This document shows, piece after piece, positions 1 to 35,823 of a stretch of DNA of 64,000 nucleotides. The notes beneath the pieces are model-generated. The model did not search any database. It saw nothing but the letters and a program-made list of their open reading frames with translations, and was not told the origin of the DNA. The stretch lies in NCBI GenBank assembly GCA_963693365.1, contig CAVNZM010000003.1, positions 7,187,312-7,251,311 on the forward strand. Direction: 5' to 3'. The stretch's first letter is position 1. Each line of letters opens with the position of its first letter. This stretch comes from Amoebidium appalachense (lineage: Eukaryota > Protista > Ichthyosporea). The position numbers were made by a program, and so were the translations under genes.

Positions 1-98
1 GACCAGTGTTCTGTTCGCTGCAATGTGTCGGTGCTGTGTGTTGCACACGAATGTTTCTGGTGATGTCAGAGAGAGGCTGACTTGGGTGTTGGTTTCAG

Positions 99-839
99 GG
101 CACTTTGAGGCCCGGTGGAGGGGACGGCTATAGGTTTGTGTCTGCGTAAACGTACTCATGCATAGATGTCTGCCTGCACCTACATGTGCCACTGTGTGCT
201 TGCACGTGTTTGGTGTGTTTTGTGCCTGACCGGTGTTTTGTGTGGCTGTCTAGCAGCCTGTCACCTTCCCGTGAGCTCTTGGTTGGCCCTTTAGGACACG
301 CCCTGCTCAGATGCCGTTGAGAATTGTGGGGTGGGGGGGGGGGAAAGGAAATTTTCAAGTTGGGATCCTGATAGCCAGTGTGTTGAGGGTTGACACTGAG
401 CACAGAAGACATGCTTGTAGGAGGTGGCGGCTGAGCAAGTAGCGCCTTGTTTGGACAGAAGTTACACATCCTTGCAACCCTCAGCTCTGTTAGATCCCAC
501 AATGTTTTCTTTTACTCACCCCACTTTCAAATACCATTACTCTCCCCTTTCTCCACACCTCTACCCCATATGCTAGTGCCCTTTCATGTCAAACATTTAG
601 AATACACGTGCCTGTGCTAAGGTGGGGATGCAGCAATGCGGAGGATGGACAAGCACTGCTGGGGTCAGATAGCTTCACCGACGCAGAAGGCAGCCGGTGT
701 GTGCGTATGTGTCCGTGTGTGTGTGTGTGTGTGTATGGGGGGGGGGGGGGGGGGGGGGGGGGAGGGGGGGAGGGGGGGGAAGGGGAGGGGGGTGCAAGGT
801 GTGTGTCACAGTATGTGTTGGTGCGTGCGCACGTGCCCG

Positions 840-930
<91 letters not shown>

Positions 931-942
931 ATGTGTGTGTGT

Positions 943-1029
<87 letters not shown>

Positions 1030-2160
1030 CGCATGTATGTATGTGTGCATGTGTGCTTGTGTTTGTGCGTGTCTGTGTGTGTGTGTGTTGGGTGTGTTCG
1101 TGTGTGCAGATTCGTGCATTTTTGGTTTTTATTTGCAGATCTTTCAAGGATAGTGTCTGCTCTGGGTGAGTTGAGGAGGGTCACCTATGTATGTGTCTAG
1201 GGAGGACGGGAAGAGTGGGGAGAGAGAGGCATTTGGGCGAGAGGTGTGATTTTGAGGGGGGGGAGAGGGATTGTACGTGGCGGGTACTGGCTGGATTGTT
1301 GCAGAGAGGAGAGCCTGACAACTCCCTACCGCAGGTGTGTGGGTGGGTGGGGGGTGGGGGGCTGGGGGAGTGGAGCAGGGACAGGGGGGGAAAGGAGGGG
1401 GTCGGGGTTGGGGTGGAGGTGTGGGGGTGGGGGAGAAGGGAGAAGCGGGGAAGGGGGGGGGGGGGGGATTATGGCGACTGAGGAAGTATGTGATGAGGCA
1501 ATCCCAGTGGGGAGACCGCGGGGGGGGGGGGGGGGGGGGGGAGAGAAGGGGGGGGGAGGGGGGGGGGGGGGAGGGTATGTGATATGAGTTGAGTTAAATG
1601 CAAGGGTTTCGCCTTTCTGCGTTGCTGCTCCCTGCCTTCTGTGTGGCTACTCTTTGAAATCAGAGGCACACCAAACCAGAAATGTAACCAGTTAGCTAAT
1701 GACGATACACAACATCTCAAGAGGCCTTCACACCCCCTAATGCCAATCTTCTCCCCCCCCCCCCCAAAAAAAAAAAAAAAAAAGAAAAAAGAAAAAAAAA
1801 AAGGGAAAAAGGAAAAACAAATTGACAATGAAAGAGAAAACATAACTACAGGAACTGGGAAAAGGAAAAGAATAAAGAATTAACGGAAGAAAGGTATTTT
1901 TCGTCAGTACCGTAGCGTTGGGAACACAAATGGCTCCAACCAGCCCACTCCACACCTCTACCTTGGTTCTTACCCCTCCCTTTTCCGCCTCACCCCCTCC
2001 CCCCTCCCCCCTCTCCCCTCGCGGCGCCCCTGCCCCCCCCCCCCCCCCCCCCCTCCCCCCCCCTCCCCCAGCCACCGACCATCCCTGTCTCGTCAGCGGC
2101 AACTCAACCGCCGCACCATCTATGGTGTCTATGCTCTGGTGCTCCTGGGTTGGCGTATGT

Positions 2161-2191
<31 letters not shown>

Positions 2192-2791
2192 ACCTCTCCT
2201 CCTGCCTTTCTCCCTCACTTCCCCCCTCCCCACACCCACACACACAATACAAAGAAAGAAAGAAAGAAAAGTAAAAAAAAAAAAAAAAAAAAATTGCAGA
2301 AATCACATAATATCATGATAAAAACACCATTAATTCTTGACCCTCTGCCAGGACCACATATATGCTGGGGTTTTTCTGTAGCAACGTTATAACCCCCCCC
2401 CCCCCCCCCCACCACCACCACCACCACCACCACGAACACCATCACTACCGCCACTCTTGCGATGTTTTTGGGTGCCGCCGTGCTTCCTCCCGTGCACACG
2501 CTGTCTTTTCTTTTTTTGTGCTCGGACGTGTGATTTGGCTTCATCGTTTCAGTTTACGCTTCATATTTTCCGTTCTGCTTCTTGATTATAATCCATAGAT
2601 TTATAAAGCCCCCTCCACCCTCCCCCCCCCCCCCCAAAACACACAAACACACAAACACACCCTACTTTGAACCTCCACCCACTCGCCGACACGTTTCTTC
2701 CCCTCCCCACCACGGCCAAACAAATGAAGGCGGCTGAGCAGAAGCACAGTGCCTGCCTACGCAAAACAACACAGAGCCAGACGCTATGCAT

Positions 2792-2849
<58 letters not shown>

Positions 2850-3010
2850 TCACTCACTCACACACACATACACACAGTGGCCCTGCTTGTCTCTCTGTCT
2901 CTGTACTTCACTGGCCAGTATGCCCCCGGCTGTGCCATTCTCCTCGTGGCTGCCCTTGCCCTCACCCCCGGATGTATGCCTACCCCCCCCCCCCCCCCCC
3001 CCCCCGCCCC

Positions 3011-3041
<31 letters not shown>

Positions 3042-3385
3042 TTTCTTTTTATCAAATCTCAAATTCACTGCTCCTGTCTCCTTGTCCGGCTGCACGGGAG
3101 AGAGGGATATTTGCGTCGGATTTAGGGACTCGTTTATCTGTCTATTAGTTTGATGGGGGGAGGGTGGGGGGGGGGGGGAGGGGGGAGGGGGATGTTCTTT
3201 GAAGCAAATGTTGTTGTATGGTGACCGCATGTTCGTGGTTCAGTTTGCTCGTCTGTTGCAGATACACACAGATTTGTTGTAGTTTTCTTTCTTACAGTAT
3301 CATCAAAAAGCGAATGTGTCTAAACCATTTATGTGCCACAGGCTACTGGCAGATGCACATGCAAGCACGCTACCTTTTTCCATAA
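99..3385 (+). CDS. TMEM134/TMEM230-family small membrane protein, 5'-partial, multi-exon
   Basis: Frame-compatible GT-AG exons at about 99-133, 621-696, 1139-1165, 1304-1333, 2072-2154, 2878-2973 and 3341-3385 join to ...RQLNRRTIYGVYALVLLGWLALLVSLSLYFTGQYAPGCAILLVAALALTPGCYWQMHMQARYLFP*. The NRR before TM1 and PGxY after TM2 resemble TMEM134. The start is upstream of the window and the last exon is tentative. Confidence 0.55.
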
Positions 3386-3620
3386 GTATGCTAGCACGTT
3401 GCCTTGCCTCAACCATACCTAGCACTGACCATCAGCCACCCTTAAGGCTACTACAGTGTGTACATCCACTATGGGCTCAAGGCTGCACCGGGCTACAACC
3501 TTGCCACCGTCCCAACATGGCAGTCCTAACCACAGCTTCAACAACCCCCCCCCCCCCCCACCCCCCCCCTCTTCCCTCTCCCCTTTCCCCACCTCGAACA
3601 GGCGCCTGCACGCACATACG

Positions 3621-3720
<100 letters not shown>

Positions 3721-3731
3721 CACGCGCACAC

Positions 3732-3796
<65 letters not shown>

Positions 3797-4678
3797 TGTG
3801 TGCCAGCATATGCGAGTCCGAGGTTGATACCATTGCACTGGTACCTTTGTAACAGCAAGGTGTTGCTCGTTTTTTCAGCTATCACTCATTAGTCTCAGGC
3901 ACGTGATTGGCAGCCAGTCATATGCACATGCACGTGATTCACAGCCAATCATATGCACCCACTATCTTTTGGCGTGTACACTCTTGTGATAATGAGTGTG
4001 CGCCTCGTGTCTTGGTGGCCACTTGTACACTAATGGTGCATGATTTCAAAGCCATAACGTGCACCTACCCTATGAAATATTGTCTTGGTCCTCCTTTTAG
4101 CCCTCTTTTTCGCGCATTAACCCTTCGTGAATGAATCTAGCCAGCACGTGACAATTAAACTATATTATTTAGCACCACCCTCAATTAGTGTTTAGCTACG
4201 CGTATGTGTACATATACTGTGAATTACTTGCACCGTTTTATTACTTTAGCTTTTGTAGGGTTCCACCCACCCAATTCCTTTGCAACATTTTCTTACCGCA
4301 ACATGTACACATGTGATGTACACATAATCAACGAACAAGAAATAAAGTTAATAAAGTTTTGAAGTGATGCCGTGGCAAAGAAGTATAGCTTGTGGAGGAT
4401 GTTGAAGTGATACAAGGAGGTATATAGCTTTTGGCCATCCATGTATCATGCAGTGTTCACGTGCGGTTAATCCGACAGTCTGACAAGAGTATGGATATCC
4501 ACTGGCCGTAAGACCTGAGACGTGTGTTTGCTTGAAGTGTTCTGTGCCGGCACCAGGTTAACCCACATGTACACGCACGTGCATGCTGCCTGATTAGACT
4601 CAACTGCCACCGCGCCGTACCATACACATGCACGTGTTTACACATGCGTACACTCACCCCATCATGTACCATCCCCCC

Positions 4679-4710
<32 letters not shown>

Positions 4711-5199
4711 AACAAAAAACAAACAAACAAACAAACAACTAACGACGACGACAACAACATTAACAACAACAACAACAAAAAAAAAAAAAATAATCATTAT
4801 GATAATACACAGGTGCGCATGTGTACGCTGGCCTACAGGCTGCAGCTTATGCACCAGTACTAGTCTCATGAATGCTTATTAAACCGGCGAATGACGGGTG
4901 TTCCATATATTAACGTCGATACGTGTTCTTTAGTAATTAGATAGGTTGGCATATTTTTCCTAGTGCAGGCCCCTGCCGCAGGCTGCTCGGTGAAGTCGAC
5001 ACGTACACCAATTACGATCGGAAGCCTCTCTCTGCATACATGTACACGTATGCTCAATCAATATATTGCAGGTACATGTGCTCGTATCGTGTGTGCACAC
5101 AAGGGCACACACCGTACTTGTGGCCGCGTAAACTCGGCTTCGTACAAGTGCGCCATGCGCACGTCTAGGGAGCGGCCAATAAAGTGCAATGATCACACG

Positions 5200-5241
<42 letters not shown>

Positions 5242-5340
5242 GCACGCACGCACGTGTGACATGTACCTTGTACGTAACACCAACACACACAAGCGTGAAA
5301 TGTATCTTTAATTGTACATACGGCAACACACACAGACACA

Positions 5341-5381
<41 letters not shown>

Positions 5382-6096
5382 ACACACACACACACGTACA
5401 CAATCGGATTTGCTGCATCTAGACTGGGCCTTAACAGGTCATCTATCTGGCCTTGCAACAATCATCCCATGCATGCGCAGACGTGGTGTTTGCGTATAAG
5501 CTTCAGTCAACGTTACGTGCCAAGGCACGTGCACAGCTGCAGCTGCACTATCATAGTAGCTGTGCCTGTGCAAATACCCTTTGATCACTCGATAACGTCG
5601 AGCTCCAGCCTGTAATAGGCTAACATTTATGCTGTGATAATCGTCAATAAAACTGTGCCCGATCAGACGCCAACACACATGTGCACGTGCGCAGCGTTAC
5701 ATGAATGGATTGTAGTTTTTTAACACTTCATATTTCTTGTATTGATATCACTGATATCACGTGTACATGTGGTCAGATCCCCATATCACGTGTCACTGGT
5801 ATGTGCACTTGGCGGGACCTGCCGGTGTTTGATTGGTTGCAGACATTCATGCATGAAAAAAGCTATTACTAGGTCTAACAGGTACTATTTGTCACACACA
5901 CACATACTGTTTAGCAAAGTTCAGACCCACACAAGATTGTACGCTCTTATCAATCAAGTGCTGGCCCACAAGACCCACCACTCCTTATGCCTAATAGTTC
6001 CCATCACCTTTTCAGGCAAACACATTTTCATCATCTATACCTGTTACTAGCAAACTCTCGTATCCATTACCGAAAAAGGCTGTTAAAGCCATAATT

Positions 6097-12345
<6,249 letters not shown>

Positions 12346-12514
12346 AATGCTGGTTGAAAAGGGAAGAGGTGTGAAAACAAAGACAATGAAACGAAGTGTT
12401 GAGACGACGCTGCAGGGAGAAAAGTCAGAAGTAAGATAAATATCTATATAACTAGGGGAATTGAGCTCGAGGCGGCTTTCGTCTGTTTCCAGAGGGCCGT
12501 GCTTTATATAGTTG

Positions 12515-12535
12515 TGGGCATGTGACGTCACGATG
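12515..12535. promoter_or_regulatory. Palindromic CRE/ATF-like site GTGACGTCAC upstream of HSPBP1
   Basis: Perfect TGACGTCA about 180 bp upstream of the ATG. The same motif recurs near other gene starts. Confidence 0.4.
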
Positions 12536-14477
12536 TACGGGAGGTTCCTGAACAGACACGAATAGGTCTATTTTGCCAAGTGAGCGAGTCGAAGGGAAGA
12601 ATAGAAAACCGAGGCTGGTTGCGAAAAACATACAGCTGCTATTGAAGTGTACTGGCCACTGCGTCTTGATACGTATACACGCGTTTAGCTTGAGGTGCTA
12701 CTGTAGTAACAACTGGTGAATATGGTGCACATGTGCATGAGGATCATGGCGGGAGCTCGCATGGTATGCAAGCGCTATATATGCACACATGATTGATTGG
12801 TGGATGAAATCAGCATTACGATTGGCTTGAAAAGGAAAACCTCGGGAAATAAGTTTCTCGGGGGCGCCCCGGACGGTCGTGAAACAACACTGCCGCAGTG
12901 CACACACATGTTGGCCCGGTGGAGCCCACCACCACCACCGCCACCTACAGTGGCACTGCACAAAAAAAAAAAGGCAGAACAAAGAAGGAGAGTGAAAGAG
13001 GTAGGGGAAAAAATGAAAAATGTAAGACATCGGCAAGAAGAAAAGCACAGGGGGTGGTGGTGGTGGTTGAGGGATCCGGAGGTTTTGGCTGGGGGAGGGG
13101 AGGGATCGGGGCGGGGAGGTGGAGGGCAAAGGGGGGAGGGTTATACGATATGTGGGGTCAGATTAACGCCTTGCAAAGTCTATAAATGTTGAAAGTGCGA
13201 GCATTTATTGAGTTTTCATCATACGAGCTCCATGGCTTTGAACCATTCCACCTCCCAGCTTGAGCCACTCTCAGTTCATGCGTGTGAGACCCGATGCGAC
13301 CCGGTCTCTAGCCTAAAGTAAAGTTGGGGACGAGTATGTCACATGCAGGCCCTTATCTTGCCTCTGTGTTCTGTATCAACACGACTGCTCAATGTGTGTG
13401 CATGCGGATTTTGTAAACGCTTCCTAACTCAGCGTGCGGTGCACAACAGTTATGCATTTATGCGGAATATGTGCACAAGGTCCTCATAAATATATGCAAA
13501 CATTACTGCTTCTCCGATGGTGAGGTTCTCAGGTTGGGCGAATGACTGTGCACGTGAAGTAGCGAGGCTGGAATATTTTGTGCACAAAGTGCGTGTGATG
13601 ATATCAGTGGCTCAGCGTAAAAAATAGCATACGTTTTACTTTACAAACCATCACATCCCTGTGCGAAGATTGAGCTTGAATTTGCAGGTTCCGAAGCTCC
13701 TGAGTGGAGGAAGAGAACCGGAGAATGCAGGATGTGAAAAGACGCATAGCAAGATATAGTCTGCACTCTGTGCCATTTGTTGGTAAACAGCTTAGATTTT
13801 GTGGAGATATATATAGCCCAAGTCTCGAGTACTTTTGCAATTCATAGGGAAGTCAACAATATGACACCAACCAACTAGCACCTATTGAATGCCGTAAAGT
13901 CCGCTCTGCCACAGTTCACCTGAAGCCATTGGCATCCAAATCAAGTCTTAAGTCCACCGGAGTTTTTCAGGCCTTTTTACTCAGTGAACACGTATATGTA
14001 TACTTTTACATCGAAGCATCGCTCTTGGACTCTGCAAAAAGCGCTTTACCAATGCACGCGCAGGTCGTTACGTGTGAGGCCTCTCAGTTATTGCCGTTTT
14101 AAAGCCAGTATTAGTACGGCGGAGCCCGAGCAGGCTAAAGATTGTGATTGTCCGTTTGTCCATACTTGAGCCCCACCATTCCCCACCTTCAATTGCATGT
14201 TCCACCACCCTCCACTAATCTTGCCACAAAACAAGCAAATGTCCGTCACCGAACTAAATTGTCAACAGTTTTTGGTGTATTACACTTGGTGTAACTTAAT
14301 CTCTTGACGCCTGTGTAAAGCTAGAGACGCTATTACCATACATACAGTGCCACGAAAAAGGTTGGATACGCGCGCTGCAAGCTTTCCCTTTTGAAAGCGA
14401 AAAGTTTGAGCCACAGGCACGGACGTTGACTCACCAAGCACAATATACTCGCTGATTATCAGCGGCCTCTTGCACGC

Positions 14478-14590
14478 ACTGATTGGATGCTGGCGCATAC
14501 CTCAGCCTAAGCTTGCGCAATGTTGCTGTGCTGTGATTGGCTGCACGTATCATGACGTCATAGACGGTGCAGATCTAGCCAATCAACGTG
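14478..14590. promoter_or_regulatory. RPL10 promoter cluster: three CCAAT boxes around a TGACGTCA site
   Basis: GATTGG (~14481), GATTGGCT (~14535), ATGACGTCAT (~14552) and AGCCAATCA (~14577) lie just upstream of a pyrimidine-rich putative 5'UTR exon ending ATAG|GTACGT (~14684). The matching acceptor is TGCAG| at ~15112. Confidence 0.5.
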
Positions 14591-15101
14591 CGGCTACATC
14601 TGCGGCTGTGTGACCGCTTCAACTTGTCCGTGTACAAAGGCCGTTCCGTTCTGTCCGAAAGACTCTCTCCCCCGGTTCCTCATAGGTACGTTGTAGGAGA
14701 TATAAGCTAGCTCTAGCCATCGAGCTGTAATCACAGAGAATCTCAAACGAACATCGTATTACAAGGTTGTAGTCCACATTATATTTCAACTTTACGCAGT
14801 CTGAGTCTAACACGGGCAGGTTTTCTCATCGACGCTCCATTAGTGATAGGTGGAAGAGTACTGGAATCGTACTTTATGAGGAGTCATCCAGGGAGAATCC
14901 GTTTCTATCCAGCCGCATCCACCGTGGACGTCGCATTATTGGGCGTTTGAGAGCTTTCAACGCTTTTGCAGCGTTTGTAGAATGCTCATATAGCCTTTTT
15001 CGATTTCGGAAGATACGAAAGTAGGAATTGCTTCTATCGTTCATGCGAGCAGTACAAGTGTGGTGTTTGGTGAAAACGTAATCGGAGACACGCTGACTTG
15101 A

Positions 15102-17292
<2,191 letters not shown>

Positions 17293-18977
17293 GTGAATAA
17301 AGTGTGGCTGGCCCAACAGGCTGCCTGACACAGGAGAGACGCTGTGTGCACTGCTTGGGATACGACTGTGTGTGTGTTAAGGGGGGGGGGGGGGGGGGGG
17401 GTAACCTTGTGTGGAAGGGGGGAGGGGCGTTTTTTGCAGCAGGGGAGGGGGATAACTGTTGTGTTGTCGGGGCATAGCCCGGGGGTCAAGGGGGGCAAGA
17501 CTGGAGATTCAACAGACTGCGCCCTGCTACCTTTGAAAGTAGTTTTATACAAAGGGTCTAGGGTAACGTGCCTGTCCAAATTATAGAGATAATGATGTTG
17601 ATCGGTTGAGGGCACAGTCAGTGCGTAGCTACACAGCGCCGTCTCTCAGCACCCACGCACCGTGCGAGTCTATTTACAAGACTCATCCACTTTGTTTTGT
17701 GTCACACTGACGTCGTCACGGCGAAGCCGATATCGAGATCTGTGGGCCGCGATTGTGTCGCGCGTGATTGCATCCTTACGTCTGATTGGCTGAGACCGTT
17801 TCCACCCGTTGCTGGCCGCACTCAAAAATGCATCGATGACTCAAAACACAAAATTGCACATTTGAAGTTGCAGTTTGCATACGTCTACCTACTCTACTTG
17901 TTTACTTTGCCAACAGGATACAAGTGAGCCCAAGATTCGCCAAAAGAGGCCCTCATGTTACTACACTAATATAGTAGAAAGACTAGGTGTGCTTGTGCAA
18001 CTGTGAGTTAGTCATTTATAATACTAGGCGGCACCAAATTTGCAGTTACCAAATTGCTTGTCAAAGGATCCCACTTGAGAGCGAGGTGTGTCGTGCTGCA
18101 TTGGCGCGAGATCTTTGGTTGATCAGTGTGCCCACTAGCACCATCTGTTATATAAATATACGTAACTTGAGCGCTGGTTGCATGCGCCGTTGGCGCCTGT
18201 AAGAAGGTGAGTGTCTATGCGGTGTGTGACACTGCAGCCGGCAGGCGTAGAATGTGGCCATTGCAAAGTGCTGGGTTTTGGCTACGACATCCTCCCTTGC
18301 CAATAACGTGACGACTTCCATGTTTGTGTTGGTTGAGCTCTATAGGCAGGCACACCTGCGTACACAAGCCACTGGGTGTCAATAAGAAGAGCAAAGGTTA
18401 TACCAGCACACAAAGGCACTGGCGTGCAGGCAGATACAACTTCACTGACTGGTGCTTCCTTTGCCAACACACTCTAACGAGCACACACACACACGTTGAC
18501 ACACGCATACACGAGCACCCTACGAGTCACGCACACACACACGCACACAATTACACAATACACACTCACAACACACACACATACGAAAACATACACACGG
18601 CATGCATGTGCATGCGTTCCATATGCCCCTCCTCTCTCCCCACATACATACATATACACACACCTGTACACAAACCGTTCCACATTAACACATGCTTGGG
18701 GATACTCACCTGCCCAAACAACTACATGCACATGCCATCCGCTCATGTACACGTACACAACACAAACCCTCACAGGTGCACGCCGCGCATGCACACACAC
18801 ACGCTGCCCACACAAATGAGACACACTTTAATAACACACAACGCACACACCAACATATACGCACTACACACACACAACACACACACACACACAAAGCACA
18901 CGCACGCACACACAGACACACACATATACACACACACACAACACGTGCACACACAATACACACACAGCACGCACACC

Positions 18978-19060
<83 letters not shown>

Positions 19061-19111
19061 ACTCACACACTCACACACTCACACACTCACATACACACAT
19101 ACACAGGCACC

Positions 19112-33337
<14,226 letters not shown>

Positions 33338-34352
33338 GCTAGTTTTAAAATTTAACACCAGCCTATTGGCTAGATATCAGCTCCACCGCTTTGTGATTGG
33401 CTGTATGCCAGTGTGATCTGCAGCCAATGACCGACCGGGATTTGTACATATAGTCGAGGCATGGCTGGGCCAGGCCGGGTGATGAATACTGCCTGCTGGT
33501 TGGGCAAAAAAGGAGGGGGGGGGGGGTCTATTCTTATGCAATTCTCGATACCTAAACGTGCGAGCTAAACAGTAAAGTAAAACACACTGGTGTTTACGCC
33601 AGAAATCAGAGGTGTGTCCATGGTGTGACCGGGCTCCCTTCCTTCCGTTTCATGTTTTATCGATGACACCAATGCGGCAATATCATATGGATGGCTGCTT
33701 GGCTATGGCCCCAACTGCAAAGGGGAGATTGTTTGCCTGCTGAATGTGCTCTCTGCTCCACCCAGACTTGTGTGTATACGTACGTGTGTTGTCATCCCCC
33801 TCCATCCGTATTATGATAAGACACAAATTGCAAGAAGCACGTAAATTGAGCTGAATCCTTTTCGCTTACCACTTGGCGGTGGTGCACGTGGTGGCCGATT
33901 AGGGGGGGGAGGGGGAGGGGGATTTACTGTTGGGACCCGCGGATCCGTATGGTGCCACACGTGCGCGTGTGTGTGTGTCTGCGCGTGTGGCGGGTTGTGC
34001 ATGCGCGCTATAGGGCGTACGCACGTGATATGGGCGTGCATGTGTGCGATGCCAGTACACGTGTGTGTGTCGACGGTTGTTGTGTGAAAATATGTGTGTG
34101 TGAATGAGTGTATGTGTTTGCGTGCGTGCGTGTTTCATGCATGTGTGCATGCGTACGTGTGTCGCAGTATGCATGTGTGCACGCGTGTGTGTGACACTGT
34201 GTGCCTGCACGTGTGCCCGTGTACGTGTGTGCATGTGTATTTGGCCATAGCTATGTGTGGTGTCCCTGAGAATGCGTGTACGTGAAGCACCGTTAATGCG
34301 CACCGTGACGGCCGTCACCAATTGGGGAAGGGGCCAGCGGCGGAGCCTCGCG

Positions 34353-34399
<47 letters not shown>

Positions 34400-34655
34400 C
34401 ACTGCCGGGGGAAGGGGAGGGGAGGCGGGGGGAGGATTTGGGACCGAGGGTGGGGAGGGGGAGGGGGGTTGGGGGGAAGAAGAGGAGCAGTCTGGCTATG
34501 GGCTGAGGAGAGCTCTTTCGACAGGTGTGCAGCCTGAGGCAGGGCAAATATTATGCCAGAAGTCTGGGAAACGTGTTGAGAACTTTTGAGATATCAATGG
34601 GTGTGCTCAAGCGTGGGTTGTGCAAGCAAGGGGGTCCATAACCCAGGGGCGCCCT

Positions 34656-34696
<41 letters not shown>

Positions 34697-35632
34697 CCCC
34701 TCCCCCCCCTCTTTCCCATTAACCTCCAGGGGTGTGCAGTAGATGGGCTGCAAAGATTTCTACAACCCCACCCCCCCCCCCGGGCGGGGAGTCCTGCTTC
34801 CTCCCCATCGCGAAGGACTGGTGGCAGAGGCATGTACATGTACTTCTGGGGGTCACCGTGGGGTATTAATCACAATAGGACGGTCGATCGAGCCGGAAGC
34901 ATATTGCAGAACCATTTTGCGCAAACACCTACCATATATGGTAACATAGACCCCAAACCCAGCCCAGCCCAAACATCTGACGGGCTGAGCTTCCCGGCCC
35001 TGCCAGGCCGAAAACTTCAGGACCCCCCCCCCCCCACCCCCATCTTTTCCTTTCCAATTTCTTGCTCTGTGATTGGCTATGGCACATGGAGAAAAAGTCT
35101 CTGATTGGTCAGCACTTTATCGAGGCATGGGCCCAGCCCAGCCACAACAAACAGTTATCAAGCAGTCAACAGGGTGCTATAAACGATTTAGTACATAGGA
35201 CCACATGTCACTATGATATTAGCAGCTATGCAATTAATGGAAATGCATGTGGCACGTGCACATTGTCGTCAAATTTACTTTATCGAACCATTGCGCAAGG
35301 TAAAAAGAACAACTGCTGTGGGCATACATGCATAAACAGGGGTTTAGATTTTTAAACAGACATGGAAAGAAAAATATACAAGATGGCGGATGATAGTTGG
35401 GCTTGTATACATGTGCTATATACAAACAGTAAGGAATTTGTATAGAAGTCATGTCTGCAACTTAAAACCGGAGCCAATAAACACTCTCGCATAAATACAT
35501 TGAAACAATTCCGCCCTCGCACTTGCCGTTTTCCTTCGCGCAGAAACCAAAAAATGGCAGGAACAACCAGTAAAAAGATTCCCCCCCACGCCCCCCCCCC
35601 CCCTTCCCCCCCCCCCCTCTCCCCCCCCTTCC

Positions 35633-35683
<51 letters not shown>

Positions 35684-35823
35684 CAGCCGCCCTTCATCCC
35701 TATTGTTCAAAGGAACAGAACACTATGCATTCCCAGATTCCAACGCTAAAAGCAAACCAAAAAAAAGGCGAAAAACACAAAAATTAAAACCCACAGGCAC
35801 CCACCACGTGACCACCACATGTG